64,000 nucleotides of DNA from positions 16,784 through 80,783 of the forward strand of contig CAYWUY010000001.1 of assembly GCA_964461535.1 (NCBI GenBank), given 5' to 3'. The notes under the pieces are model-generated. The model was not told the origin of the DNA, ran no database searches, and saw only the letters and a list, made by a program, of their open reading frames with translations. The DNA comes from an uncultured Flavipsychrobacter sp. Its GTDB lineage: Bacteria; Bacteroidota; Bacteroidia; Chitinophagales; Chitinophagaceae. The translations under genes were made by a program, and so were the position numbers. Below, piece after piece: positions 1-8,458 of the stretch (the first letter of the stretch is position 1; the number at the start of each line of letters is the position of its first letter).

Positions 1-1
1 C

Positions 2-133
2 GCCTCTATAATGAATCATGAATTCAATACTGGCTGCGGTAAAGAAGACTGCTCGTGGTGCAACTTTGCTAAAAAGTACAAACTAAGCAGACCTGCTGAT
101 ACAGATGAACTGGAGCTAGATGACAACAGTTAA
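2..133 (+). CDS. 3' end of an ORF entering from upstream of the window; product unknown
   Basis: Frame 2 is open from the window edge to TAA at 131-133. The tail reads ...NTGCGKEDCSWCNFAKKYKLSRPADTDELELDDNS*, with a Cys-x4-Cys-x2-Cys motif then an acidic end. Its stop overlaps the stop of the convergent regulator gene. Too short to assign a family. Confidence 0.3.
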   Translation, partial: ASIMNHEFNTGCGKEDCSWCNFAKKYKLSRPADTDELELDDNS

Positions 134-804
134 CGCACCTCTACAACCAAAACATTCTGTGCAAACTTTTTAGATACTGTGCAGGGTTGTAAGTCTGCTA
201 CTTTAATAATGTAAGAATCGTCAAAAGCTATTTTTTCAGTTACTACAATAGGCGTACCTATTGCTACTTGCAGCATTTTTAAATACTGCAAAAAGGGAGA
301 TGCCGTATCTCTTACACCTACCACATGATACGCTTTTCCTAATATAGTTTCATCCAGCGGAATGCCTGCCCTAGCGGGCATTTCGCCATTCGAGCCCGGT
401 ATAGGGTCGCCATGCGGGTCAAACTGAGGAAAACCTAAATAAGCATCTAGTTTATCTGCTAAGTCTGGGTGATGAATGTGTTCTAGCTGTTCTGCTATTT
501 CATGTATCTCATCCCAAGCATAGCCCAACTTGTTTTGCAGAAATACCTCCCACAGCCTATGCTTACGCACAATATTTAAGGCAGCTTTTTTGCCCTTATC
601 AGTAAGCTTTACACCTTTGGTTTTTTCGTACTGAATCAGCTTTTTATCTACCAGTTTCTTTATCATGTCTACCACCGAAGCCGGATTATTACCTAAAGAT
701 TCAGCTATGGCAGTAGGGCTTATTTTCTCAGCATGACCCGGCCTACCCAGCTTAAAAATGGTTTTTAGATAATTCTCTTCGGAAAGTGTTTGAATGGCTG
801 ACAT
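130..804 (-). CDS. DtxR/MntR-family metal-dependent transcriptional regulator with C-terminal FeoA-like domain
   Basis: 224 aa. It has an N-terminal winged helix typical of DtxR/MntR (SEENYLKTIFKL, DMIKKLVDKKLIQYEKTKGVKLTDKGKK). A metal-binding/dimerisation helix region follows (HRLWEVFL, HEIAEQLEH), then an SH3/FeoA-like C-terminus. Confidence 0.85.
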   Translation of the reverse strand: MSAIQTLSEENYLKTIFKLGRPGHAEKISPTAIAESLGNNPASVVDMIKKLVDKKLIQYEKTKGVKLTDKGKKAALNIVRKHRLWEVFLQNKLGYAWDEIHEIAEQLEHIHHPDLADKLDAYLGFPQFDPHGDPIPGSNGEMPARAGIPLDETILGKAYHVVGVRDTASPFLQYLKMLQVAIGTPIVVTEKIAFDDSYIIKVADLQPCTVSKKFAQNVLVVEVR

Positions 805-820
805 ATTGTAAAGTTACAAT
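805..820. promoter_or_regulatory. Palindrome ATTGTAA-AG-TTACAAT abutting the regulator start codon; candidate operator
   Basis: 7-bp perfect inverted arms with a 2-bp spacer, directly next to the ATG (802-804, minus strand) of the DtxR-family gene. It lies in the 105-bp divergent region shared with the TonB-dependent receptor gene. Confidence 0.3.
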
Positions 821-885
821 AATGGGAGCTTTTCAAAAATTAGACGCACCTAATTATTTTATTTTGACAAAACATATTTATGATA

Positions 886-893
886 TAAGTTTG
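886..893 (+). promoter_or_regulatory. Bacteroidota-type -7 promoter box (TAAGTTTG)
   Basis: Matches TAnnTTTG, 16 nt upstream of the ATG at 910. Confidence 0.45.
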
Positions 894-909
894 CCTAAAA
901 ATATTTTAT

Positions 910-3357
910 ATGTTGCGTAGCTTTATTTTAAGCTGCTTATTATTTTTCTGCTTTAGTGTGTGTTACAGTACTGTACTTACAGGCACTATAACCCACAATG
1001 GCTACTGTATAGCCGATGCCAATATTCATGTTACCAACCAGCCCATAGGCTGCATAAGCAGCAGTACAGGAGTGTACATACTTAGCCTACCTACTACTGG
1101 CAAGTATGAAATTGAAGTGAGCGCAATAGGCTACAATACGAGAAAACTACAAATAAACCTACTTAGCAATGACACTTTAAAAATGAACATTGAACTGTAT
1201 GGAGGTGCTAGGGAGTTGAATGAAGTAGTGGTAACAGGTGTTACCAGAGCTACTTTACTTAAAAAAAGCCCTGTACCTATTGTAGTAACTAACAAAGCAC
1301 AACTAGAAGCGAAAGGTGGAAGCAATATAATTGATGCCATTACTAAAGGTATACCGGGTGTTACTGCCGTTACTACTGGTCCTAATATTTCTAAACCATT
1401 TATAAGAGGCCTTGGCTATAATAGAGTACTAACCATGTATGACGGTATAAGACAAGAAGGACAACAATGGGGAGATGAGCACGGAATAGAAGTAGACCAA
1501 CAAAACATAGAGCGCGTAGAAGTAGTAAAGGGCCCTGCTAGCCTTATATATGGTAGCGATGCACTTGCCGGGGTAATTAATATGATACCTACAGTTAATG
1601 AAGAGAAAAAATGGAATGGAGATGTAGGTATTGAAGCACATAGTAATAACGGACTCGGTGGCTTATCTGCTGGTATAGGCAAATCATTCAATAACTGGCA
1701 AACCACAATACGAGGATCTGTAAAAACGGCTCATGATTATAAAAATAGTATAGACGGATATGTATATAACACCGGCTTTAGAGAAGAGCACTTAAGTATA
1801 TTAACACAAACAAGTCAAAAATGGGGTAGACTAAGAATAGGTGCTACAGCCTATAATAACCTTCAAGAAATTCCTGATGGTAGTAGAGATTCAGCTAGCA
1901 GAGCCTTTACCTATCAAATTCATGAAAGCAATACCGACACTATAAGTAAGCGTCCGCTAGTACCCGGCAACCAATACAAACAGTATAGCATTGCTGCACT
2001 ACATCAGCATATTCGCCACTACAGAGCCTATGCGCAGTTGTTTATACCACTCCCTCACCAGCAAGAAATTAGTGGCTCAATTGCATATCAGTATAACATT
2101 AGGCAAGAATATAACCACCCTACCCAACCATCGCAGCCTGGCCTAGACCTATCATTGGCCACCATAAATTACGATCTAAAGTATCAACTACCTGAAATAA
2201 AAAAATGGTATACTACTATTGGTTGCAATGGTATGTATCAGCAGAACAAAAGTAGAATTGCTACAGACTTTCCCATACCTGATTATCAACTATTTGACAT
2301 TGGAGCCTTTGTGTTTAGCAAAAAATCATTTGAACAAATTGAGGTATCCGGCGGCGTAAGATTTGACAATAGATTTATAAACTGGCAAGACCAATATATA
2401 GGCACTGACAGCATTACAGGATTTGGATACAAAGGCGACAAATACAATGGTACGCTACAATTTCCGTCGTATAGCCATCATTATACCGGCATTAGTGGCA
2501 GTATAGGTGTAGCCTATACTGCAAAAAACAATTGGATATATAAGTTGAATATTGCTAGAGGATATAGAGCACCAAACATAACAGAAATAGGCTCTAATGG
2601 ACTAGACCCGGGTGCGCATATTGTATACTTGGGCAACAGAAATTTTAAACCGGAATTTACCTGGCAACAGGACATTGGTATAATAGGTGGCATAGGTGGT
2701 ATTAACCTAGCAGTAGATGTATTTAATACCTTCATTAGCAACTATATTTATCAAGCCAGGGCATTTGATGCACAAGGCAATCCTATAGTATTGGTGCCGG
2801 GCAATAGCACTTACCAGTATCAACAAGCTGAGGCTCATTTATATGGCGGCGAGCTACAAGCCAACTATGCCATACCTTGCCTAAAAGGCCTAGAAATAAA
2901 TGCTGGAGCAGCCTATGTAGTAGGCTTAAATAAAAATGACCAGCTTATAGCCAAATATGGAGAAGCAGCCCGCTATTTACCGCTTATTCCTCCATTTAAT
3001 GCCAGGGGCGAAATAAAATATAATGCTTATAGAAGAAGCACTAAATTAAAAAACACATACATCAGTGCAGGATGCCAATACTATGCTATGCAAAACAGAT
3101 TTTATGGGGTAGACAACAGTGAAACCCCTACTGCTGCATATACACTAGTATTTGCCACAGCCGGCACCACTATTCTACATCACAAAAAGCCATTGTGCCG
3201 TATAGCATTACAAGCCGATAATATATTCAATACCGCTTACCAATCTCACCTTAACCGACTGAAGTATTTTGAATACTATACCCACAGCACATCGGGCAGG
3301 TATGGTATATACAATATGGGTGCCAACTATAGTATTAAATTTACCTGGGTGATATAA
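910..3357 (+). CDS. TonB-dependent outer-membrane receptor with N-terminal carboxypeptidase-regulatory-like domain
   Basis: 815 aa. It has a signal peptide and a CarboxypepD_reg-like segment (TGTITHNG...GKYEIEVSAIGY). Plug motifs are present (VVVTGVTR, IRGLGYNRVLTMYDGIRQEGQQWGDEHG), followed by a long beta-barrel rich in Y/G/N. Confidence 0.85.
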   Translation: MLRSFILSCLLFFCFSVCYSTVLTGTITHNGYCIADANIHVTNQPIGCISSSTGVYILSLPTTGKYEIEVSAIGYNTRKLQINLLSNDTLKMNIELYGGARELNEVVVTGVTRATLLKKSPVPIVVTNKAQLEAKGGSNIIDAITKGIPGVTAVTTGPNISKPFIRGLGYNRVLTMYDGIRQEGQQWGDEHGIEVDQQNIERVEVVKGPASLIYGSDALAGVINMIPTVNEEKKWNGDVGIEAHSNNGLGGLSAGIGKSFNNWQTTIRGSVKTAHDYKNSIDGYVYNTGFREEHLSILTQTSQKWGRLRIGATAYNNLQEIPDGSRDSASRAFTYQIHESNTDTISKRPLVPGNQYKQYSIAALHQHIRHYRAYAQLFIPLPHQQEISGSIAYQYNIRQEYNHPTQPSQPGLDLSLATINYDLKYQLPEIKKWYTTIGCNGMYQQNKSRIATDFPIPDYQLFDIGAFVFSKKSFEQIEVSGGVRFDNRFINWQDQYIGTDSITGFGYKGDKYNGTLQFPSYSHHYTGISGSIGVAYTAKNNWIYKLNIARGYRAPNITEIGSNGLDPGAHIVYLGNRNFKPEFTWQQDIGIIGGIGGINLAVDVFNTFISNYIYQARAFDAQGNPIVLVPGNSTYQYQQAEAHLYGGELQANYAIPCLKGLEINAGAAYVVGLNKNDQLIAKYGEAARYLPLIPPFNARGEIKYNAYRRSTKLKNTYISAGCQYYAMQNRFYGVDNSETPTAAYTLVFATAGTTILHHKKPLCRIALQADNIFNTAYQSHLNRLKYFEYYTHSTSGRYGIYNMGANYSIKFTWVI

Positions 3358-3363
3358 GCAAAA

Positions 3364-3387
3364 CGGGGACTGCAATGGCAATCCCCG
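3364..3387. terminator. Hairpin between convergent genes (possible bidirectional terminator)
   Basis: GGGGAcTGC-AATG-GCAaTCCCC stem-loop between the stops at 3357 (+) and 3411 (-). It has one mismatch and weak U-tracts. Confidence 0.35.
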
Positions 3388-3410
3388 AATTACTATAAAA
3401 CAATGAAAAT

Positions 3411-4829
3411 TTATTTTTTCTTGTAGCGGGCTATCAGCTCGCTAACGGCACTACGACGTAAAAACTCAGGATTGAGCTCTGTAAATACTTTCACTTTATT
3501 TACCGCCATTCTTAATCCTTGCTCTAGCTGTAGCATAGCTTCTTTTACCTTACCCATCTCAAATAATGCTGCGGCATGGTAGTAGTAAAACTCTGCTTTA
3601 TCGCCACAATGCTCTCTAGCTACTTCTACTTGTATTACCGACTCTTCGTAATACTTGGTTAAGTATAGCCCTCTTACCAATGCCAGCCATGTTGTTTTAT
3701 TACCGGGCTTCAATCTTACGGCATTAAGATAGCATACTATAGCCTCGCTTTTTACATCCATTTCCATTAGGCAGTCGCCTATAGCCATGCAGTAAGAAGC
3801 ATTGTCTTTATTTAAGTGTAAGGCTACAGAATAAGATTTTACAGCTTTTTCCCATTGCTTCTCTCTAGCGTAGGTTTCACCTATTTTAAAGAATAAGCCA
3901 TCATCAGTAGGGCTTAGTTGCGATGCTTGTCTGTAAAAATATCTGGCTTTACCATAGTCTTTGCGCTTTTCCCAGCAATAGCCCATTGCCTCAAATATTA
4001 CATCCTCAGGCTTGCCTATCTCTACATGACGGTTTAGGGCCTCTAGAGCCTTGTCATACCATTTCATGCGCATATAAGCATCTGCCATGTTTCTGTAAGC
4101 AAACTCAAACTTATCGTCTATAGCCACACAATACTCATAAGCATCTATGCTTTTTTCATAGAACTTTAAGCCTTGATAAGCCGCACCCAAGTTAAACCAA
4201 GCTAATGCGTTGTATGGGTCTTCATCGGTTAGCATAGTGTGCAGTTCCACACTCTCATCTAGCCTGTCTGTAAACTCTGACCAGAAGCATATTTTCTGCA
4301 ATGCCTCTTCGTTTCGTTTATCAATTTTTATTACACGGGTAAGCGTGTCCAGTACTGCATCATACTCTTCGCACTCGTCATATACATCACTAAGCTCCAG
4401 CAGTATTTCTATTTTATCTTTCCCGCTAAAGTTATCTGCTTGCTGCTCTAGCCACAGTGCAGCTCTGTCAAACTTATATTGAGCAATCAAAATATCTGAA
4501 CGCAACAATACTGAATCCAAGTTGTTATTATCAAATTGGTCTATTTCATCCAATGTTTTTAAAGCCTGTCCATACTTTTGCGACTGCGTGAGTATTTCAG
4601 CCTTTAACAACATTACTGAAGATGAAAAAGGATAATAAGTACGGGCTATATCACAGGCAAGAAGCGCCTGTTCTTCATTACTGTTTTGAAAATAAAATTC
4701 TATCACAGCTTCAAACTCCTCTTCCTCCATTATGCCGGCAGCCTCTCCTCTCTTTACTTGCTCGTATCGTCTGAGAATATCTTCCAATGAACCCAGATTG
4801 TCGTCGTCGTTATAGTCGTCATCAAACAT
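3411..4829 (-). CDS. Tetratricopeptide-repeat (TPR) protein
   Basis: 472 aa with an acidic N-terminus. It has many 34-aa TPR-like units carrying the W/Y/A/F..G..Y......A...Y..A pattern (for example AWFNLGAAYQGLKFYEKSIDAYEYCVAID). Confidence 0.8.
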   Translation of the reverse strand: MFDDDYNDDDNLGSLEDILRRYEQVKRGEAAGIMEEEEFEAVIEFYFQNSNEEQALLACDIARTYYPFSSSVMLLKAEILTQSQKYGQALKTLDEIDQFDNNNLDSVLLRSDILIAQYKFDRAALWLEQQADNFSGKDKIEILLELSDVYDECEEYDAVLDTLTRVIKIDKRNEEALQKICFWSEFTDRLDESVELHTMLTDEDPYNALAWFNLGAAYQGLKFYEKSIDAYEYCVAIDDKFEFAYRNMADAYMRMKWYDKALEALNRHVEIGKPEDVIFEAMGYCWEKRKDYGKARYFYRQASQLSPTDDGLFFKIGETYAREKQWEKAVKSYSVALHLNKDNASYCMAIGDCLMEMDVKSEAIVCYLNAVRLKPGNKTTWLALVRGLYLTKYYEESVIQVEVAREHCGDKAEFYYYHAAALFEMGKVKEAMLQLEQGLRMAVNKVKVFTELNPEFLRRSAVSELIARYKKK

Positions 4830-4846
4830 AATAATCCGGTTTCTAT

Positions 4847-4854
4847 CAAAGTTA
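4847..4854 (-). promoter_or_regulatory. -7 promoter box (CAAAGTTA on + strand = TAACTTTG)
   Basis: TAnnTTTG on the minus strand, 18 nt upstream of the TPR gene ATG (4829). Confidence 0.45.
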
Positions 4855-4881
4855 ATATAAAAAGCAGGCTTTTCAGCCTGC
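4855..4881 (-). terminator. Rho-independent terminator of the SDR gene
   Basis: Stem GCAGGCT/AGCCTGC with loop TTTC (4864-4881), followed on the minus strand by TTTTTAT. Confidence 0.6.
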
Positions 4882-4956
4882 CTCTTGTTATCTTACAGTA
4901 AAAATACACACATTGTTAACAGTTGCATTAAATTACCTCATAATACTATAAATGAA

Positions 4957-5748
4957 CTAAATACTACCCGTACGACCACCATCTACAGGTATAGATGTAC
5001 CATTTACATAAGCAGCAGCCGGAGTAGCTAAAAATGCTATTACCGAGGCTATTTCTTCGGGCTTACCAAAACGTTTAGCCGGTATTTCCTCTATCATCTC
5101 ATGTGTCACATCATCTTTATTTGCTCCCGTCTTAGCCGATTTGTTATTAATTATTGTATCTAATCTTTCTGTAGATGTTGCTCCGGGCAAAACATTATTA
5201 ACGGTTATCCCGAACGGAGCCAACTCGTTTGACATAGTTTTGGCCCAACTAGCTACAGCACCACGTATGGTGTTAGAAACACCTAACCCCTTTAAAGGAA
5301 TTTTTACGGAAGTAGAAATAACATTAATTATTCTTCCATAGCCATCTGCTTTCATACCCTCCATTACCAGCTTGGTAATGTTATGGTTATTAATCAAATG
5401 TTGCTGAAAAGCATTCAAAAATTCTTGAGGATCTGCAGCTGTAATAGGACCACCCGCCGGCCCACCAGTGTTATTTATGAGTATATGTATCTTTTTTTCA
5501 GCTACTAATTTAGCCACGGCAGCTTGTACAGCATCAGTGTGGCTATAATCTGCTACCAAATAGCTGTGTTGCTGTCCTTTAGAAGTATCTAGCTCAGTTA
5601 TAGCTTGTTGTAGCTTATCCTCATTTCGGGCTATTAATGTACAATTGGCACCAAGCATAGCTAAAGCCTTAGCCGATGCAAAACCTATACCTTGCGTACT
5701 ACCACCTATAAGGGCATTTTTTCCTACTATGTCTAACGATAACATCAT
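4957..5748 (-). CDS. Short-chain dehydrogenase/reductase (FabG-like) with atypical active-site motif
   Basis: 263 aa. It shows a Rossmann motif (GGSTQGIGFASAKAL), NNTG, and LPGATSTER downstream of the active site. By-eye alignment puts S-N-T-I-R where classical SDRs have Y-x-x-x-K. Confidence 0.8.
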   Translation of the reverse strand: MMLSLDIVGKNALIGGSTQGIGFASAKALAMLGANCTLIARNEDKLQQAITELDTSKGQQHSYLVADYSHTDAVQAAVAKLVAEKKIHILINNTGGPAGGPITAADPQEFLNAFQQHLINNHNITKLVMEGMKADGYGRIINVISTSVKIPLKGLGVSNTIRGAVASWAKTMSNELAPFGITVNNVLPGATSTERLDTIINNKSAKTGANKDDVTHEMIEEIPAKRFGKPEEIASVIAFLATPAAAYVNGTSIPVDGGRTGSI

Positions 5749-5753
5749 AGGGT

Positions 5754-5761
5754 CAAAAATA
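5754..5761 (-). promoter_or_regulatory. -7 promoter box (CAAAAATA on + strand = TATTTTTG)
   Basis: TAnnTTTG on the minus strand, only 5 nt upstream of the SDR ATG (5748). This implies a leaderless or near-leaderless mRNA. Confidence 0.4.
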
Positions 5762-5770
5762 GTCTATATA

Positions 5771-5805
5771 AAGCAAAACAGCCACCAACATTTTGTTGAT
5801 GGCTG
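5771..5805 (-). terminator. Rho-independent terminator of the Big_2 lipoprotein gene
   Basis: 12-bp stem CAGCCAcCAACA/TGTTGaTGGCTG with one mismatch, followed on the minus strand by TTTTGCTT. Confidence 0.6.
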
Positions 5806-5829
5806 CCTATAAATAATATCATTAACTAA

Positions 5830-7317
5830 TTAAAACGATACATTAACTGTAATAGTACGGCTTACTGAACCATTACATATAGTAATAGTAGCAGTACCAG
5901 GAGCCACACCAGTTATGGTACCGGCATCATCTACAGTACATACCGTCATGCTGCTGCTGCAGTAGTGCAATGTAGCACCTGATACTGGAGCACCTGTAGC
6001 ATCTTGCGCTTGAGCCACTATATCGGCAGTAGCACCACCCATAATGCTTATGTTTACTGTAGAAGGAGATGTTAAACCTATTTGAGTAACACCAGGTGTT
6101 GTAGCACCACAATCGCAGTCGCTAACCATAATAGTAGCTACTCCCGGTTGCACTGTTGGCGAAGCTGCCTCAGCCACCACAAATGTCATCATACCTGGTG
6201 TAGCACTAGTATTCATTGTTACTTTACCGCTAGCATTAACACTAGCTATATCAAACACAGGAATACCATAGGTAGGAATAGTCCATGTAAGTGCAGGGTT
6301 AGTTATCTCAGTTACTGCTCTGGTAGATCTGTCTACCTTATAGGTTTTAGCAGTCATTTGGTAGTTAGCACCTGCCGCTATGTTTACCAAATATGGTGTT
6401 AATATAATAGCAGTATCAGGCAATACTTCTATCTCTGTTTGGCCTACTATACCATTAGTGGTAGCAGTAACTACAGCATGGCCTAAACCTAAAGCTGTAA
6501 CCTTACCCGTATTAGATACCGTAGCTATAGATGGGTCTGATGATGCCCATGTAAAGGTTGCACTTGTTTCGCTACCACCGCTATTATATGCTTTAGCAGT
6601 AAGGTCTACAGTTTGTGTTCTAAACAATTCGCTGCTTGGTGGGTTTACAGCCACTCTTACCACAGGCAATGCTACTTCAGGCATGCCTGTTACCAATACT
6701 GGTACATATACATAAGGGCTACCGCTTAGTCCGTTTGCAGTTACCTTAATGGCACACTCACCGGTTTTCTTAAATGTTATTTCACCTGTGCTGCTTACTG
6801 TTGCTACACTTTCATCTGTAGACTGGTAAGAGTAGGTAGTGGTTTCAGTACCAATGTATACCGGGTTCAAATCAATTGTACCCGCATTAGTTGTCCAAAT
6901 TACAGCCGATGGAACAACTGTAAACAAACCTGGGGTATAAACATTTATCGGCACTTTAGCAGTGTAGGTTTTGCCATTTACTGTAGCAGATGCAGTAATG
7001 GTACCATACCCTACAGCAGAAGGGTCGAATGTTACTGATGCTCCGCTGCCCGAAAACGAACCTAGGCTACCACCACCAGATGCTGAAACACTCCAGCTAA
7101 CACTACTAGGTGTAGATGTAGCTCCATTTTTATCTACCAATACGGCAGAATAGCTAATATTACCATCAGGGCTAGTAGAACGTGCCCCGGTCTGAATAGA
7201 CAGCACCATATCTCCAGAAGTAGATGTACTGTTGTTATCAGATTTTTTACAACTTTGCCACCCTAGAGCTAGTAGGGCCATCATCATTACGCTTAGTAGA
7301 TTCTTTTTTCCTTTCAT
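5830..7317 (-). CDS. Surface lipoprotein with tandem bacterial Ig-like (Big_2-type) domains
   Basis: 495 aa. The lipoprotein signal is ALLALGWQSC. Repeated modules of about 80-90 aa contain S.DPSIATVSNTGKVTALGLGHAVVTAT, STDESVATVSSTGEITFKKTGECAIKVTA and TVCTVDDAGTITGVAPGTATITI. Confidence 0.75.
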   Translation of the reverse strand: MKGKKNLLSVMMMALLALGWQSCKKSDNNSTSTSGDMVLSIQTGARSTSPDGNISYSAVLVDKNGATSTPSSVSWSVSASGGGSLGSFSGSGASVTFDPSAVGYGTITASATVNGKTYTAKVPINVYTPGLFTVVPSAVIWTTNAGTIDLNPVYIGTETTTYSYQSTDESVATVSSTGEITFKKTGECAIKVTANGLSGSPYVYVPVLVTGMPEVALPVVRVAVNPPSSELFRTQTVDLTAKAYNSGGSETSATFTWASSDPSIATVSNTGKVTALGLGHAVVTATTNGIVGQTEIEVLPDTAIILTPYLVNIAAGANYQMTAKTYKVDRSTRAVTEITNPALTWTIPTYGIPVFDIASVNASGKVTMNTSATPGMMTFVVAEAASPTVQPGVATIMVSDCDCGATTPGVTQIGLTSPSTVNISIMGGATADIVAQAQDATGAPVSGATLHYCSSSMTVCTVDDAGTITGVAPGTATITICNGSVSRTITVNVSF

Positions 7318-7464
7318 TGGTATTGATTTAGTTAAATGTCTTTAACCAAAAACATTGCCAACATTTGTTAACACCCGTTAACAACCTTAAAAAACTGACA
7401 CAATAAGTATAAACTATATTAATGCACTCTATGTAAGCATATGGCTATATGTCCAAACTAAGTT

Positions 7465-7472
7465 TATTTTTG
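7465..7472 (+). promoter_or_regulatory. -7 promoter box (TATTTTTG)
   Basis: TAnnTTTG ends 4 nt before the ATG at 7477. Confidence 0.45.
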
Positions 7473-7476
7473 CACC

Positions 7477-8400
7477 ATGTCTGATACTTTTAAAATCTCT
7501 GCTGTTCTTTGTTCTTATAATAGAGCTCGCTTTGTTATAAAAGCTGTAGAAAGCATATTTAATCAAGACTTTGACAAATCTAAATTTGAAGTAATTGTTG
7601 TAGACAATAATAGTACAGACAATGTATTAGAGCTATTAAGTGCTTATAAACAACAACATCCGGATTATAACTTTAGCTACTATGTAGAGCATCAGCAAGG
7701 GGTAGCACATGCCCGTACCCGCTGTGCTAAAGAAGCTAAAGGCGAAATAGTTGCTTTTTTAGACGATGATTCTATGGCGCAGCCCGGCTGGTTGGCTTCT
7801 ATTGCTCAATTCTTTGATGAGCATCCCGAAGTATACTCTACCGGAGGTAAAATAGTACCCTACTTCCTTACCGACATACCTGAATGGTACTCAAAATATT
7901 TTTTTGGGCTTGTAGGCAATTTTGACTTGGGGCCTAACATTAAGAAACTTACAGGCAACAGATATCCTTGCGGGGCTAATATGGCCTTTAGAAAAAAAGT
8001 ATTTGATGAAGTTGGTTACTTTAATGCCGACCTTGGCCGCAAGGGTAATGCCCTGATAGCTACAGAAGAGAAGGACATTTACCTAAAAATACTTAAAGCA
8101 GGTCATGATGTTTACTATCTGCCACACGTATGGGTAAAACATGCTGTGGAAGGCAACAAATTTGACAAACATTACGTAAAAAGACATAGTAGAGGTATAG
8201 GCGGGGGCGAAAGATTGCGTCTAAAAGGCCAAACCGGAGCACAGATAGTAAAATTTATAGAATATATTTTGAAGTGGGGCTATGCGGTAGCCTACGGCTT
8301 AGGCTTTCTAATAAAAGGTCAGTGGAGCAAATTTGTAATGCTAGAGCGGTTTAGGTGGTGGGTAATAGAAGGTTTCCTTGACCCGTCAGGAGCATCATAA
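7477..8400 (+). CDS. Family 2 glycosyltransferase
   Basis: 307 aa. The N-terminal GT-A fold signature is ISAVLCSYNRARFVIKAVESIFNQ...EVIVVDNNSTD, with a DxD-type motif in AFLDDDS. Confidence 0.85.
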   Translation: MSDTFKISAVLCSYNRARFVIKAVESIFNQDFDKSKFEVIVVDNNSTDNVLELLSAYKQQHPDYNFSYYVEHQQGVAHARTRCAKEAKGEIVAFLDDDSMAQPGWLASIAQFFDEHPEVYSTGGKIVPYFLTDIPEWYSKYFFGLVGNFDLGPNIKKLTGNRYPCGANMAFRKKVFDEVGYFNADLGRKGNALIATEEKDIYLKILKAGHDVYYLPHVWVKHAVEGNKFDKHYVKRHSRGIGGGERLRLKGQTGAQIVKFIEYILKWGYAVAYGLGFLIKGQWSKFVMLERFRWWVIEGFLDPSGAS

Positions 8401-8446
8401 AACCAATTTTTACTTTCCTTTGATATTTTAAGAGTAGTTACCCCTT

Positions 8447-8454
8447 TAACTTTG
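8447..8454 (+). promoter_or_regulatory. -7 promoter box (TAACTTTG)
   Basis: TAnnTTTG ends 4 nt before the ATG at 8459. Confidence 0.45.
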
Positions 8455-8458
8455 TACC

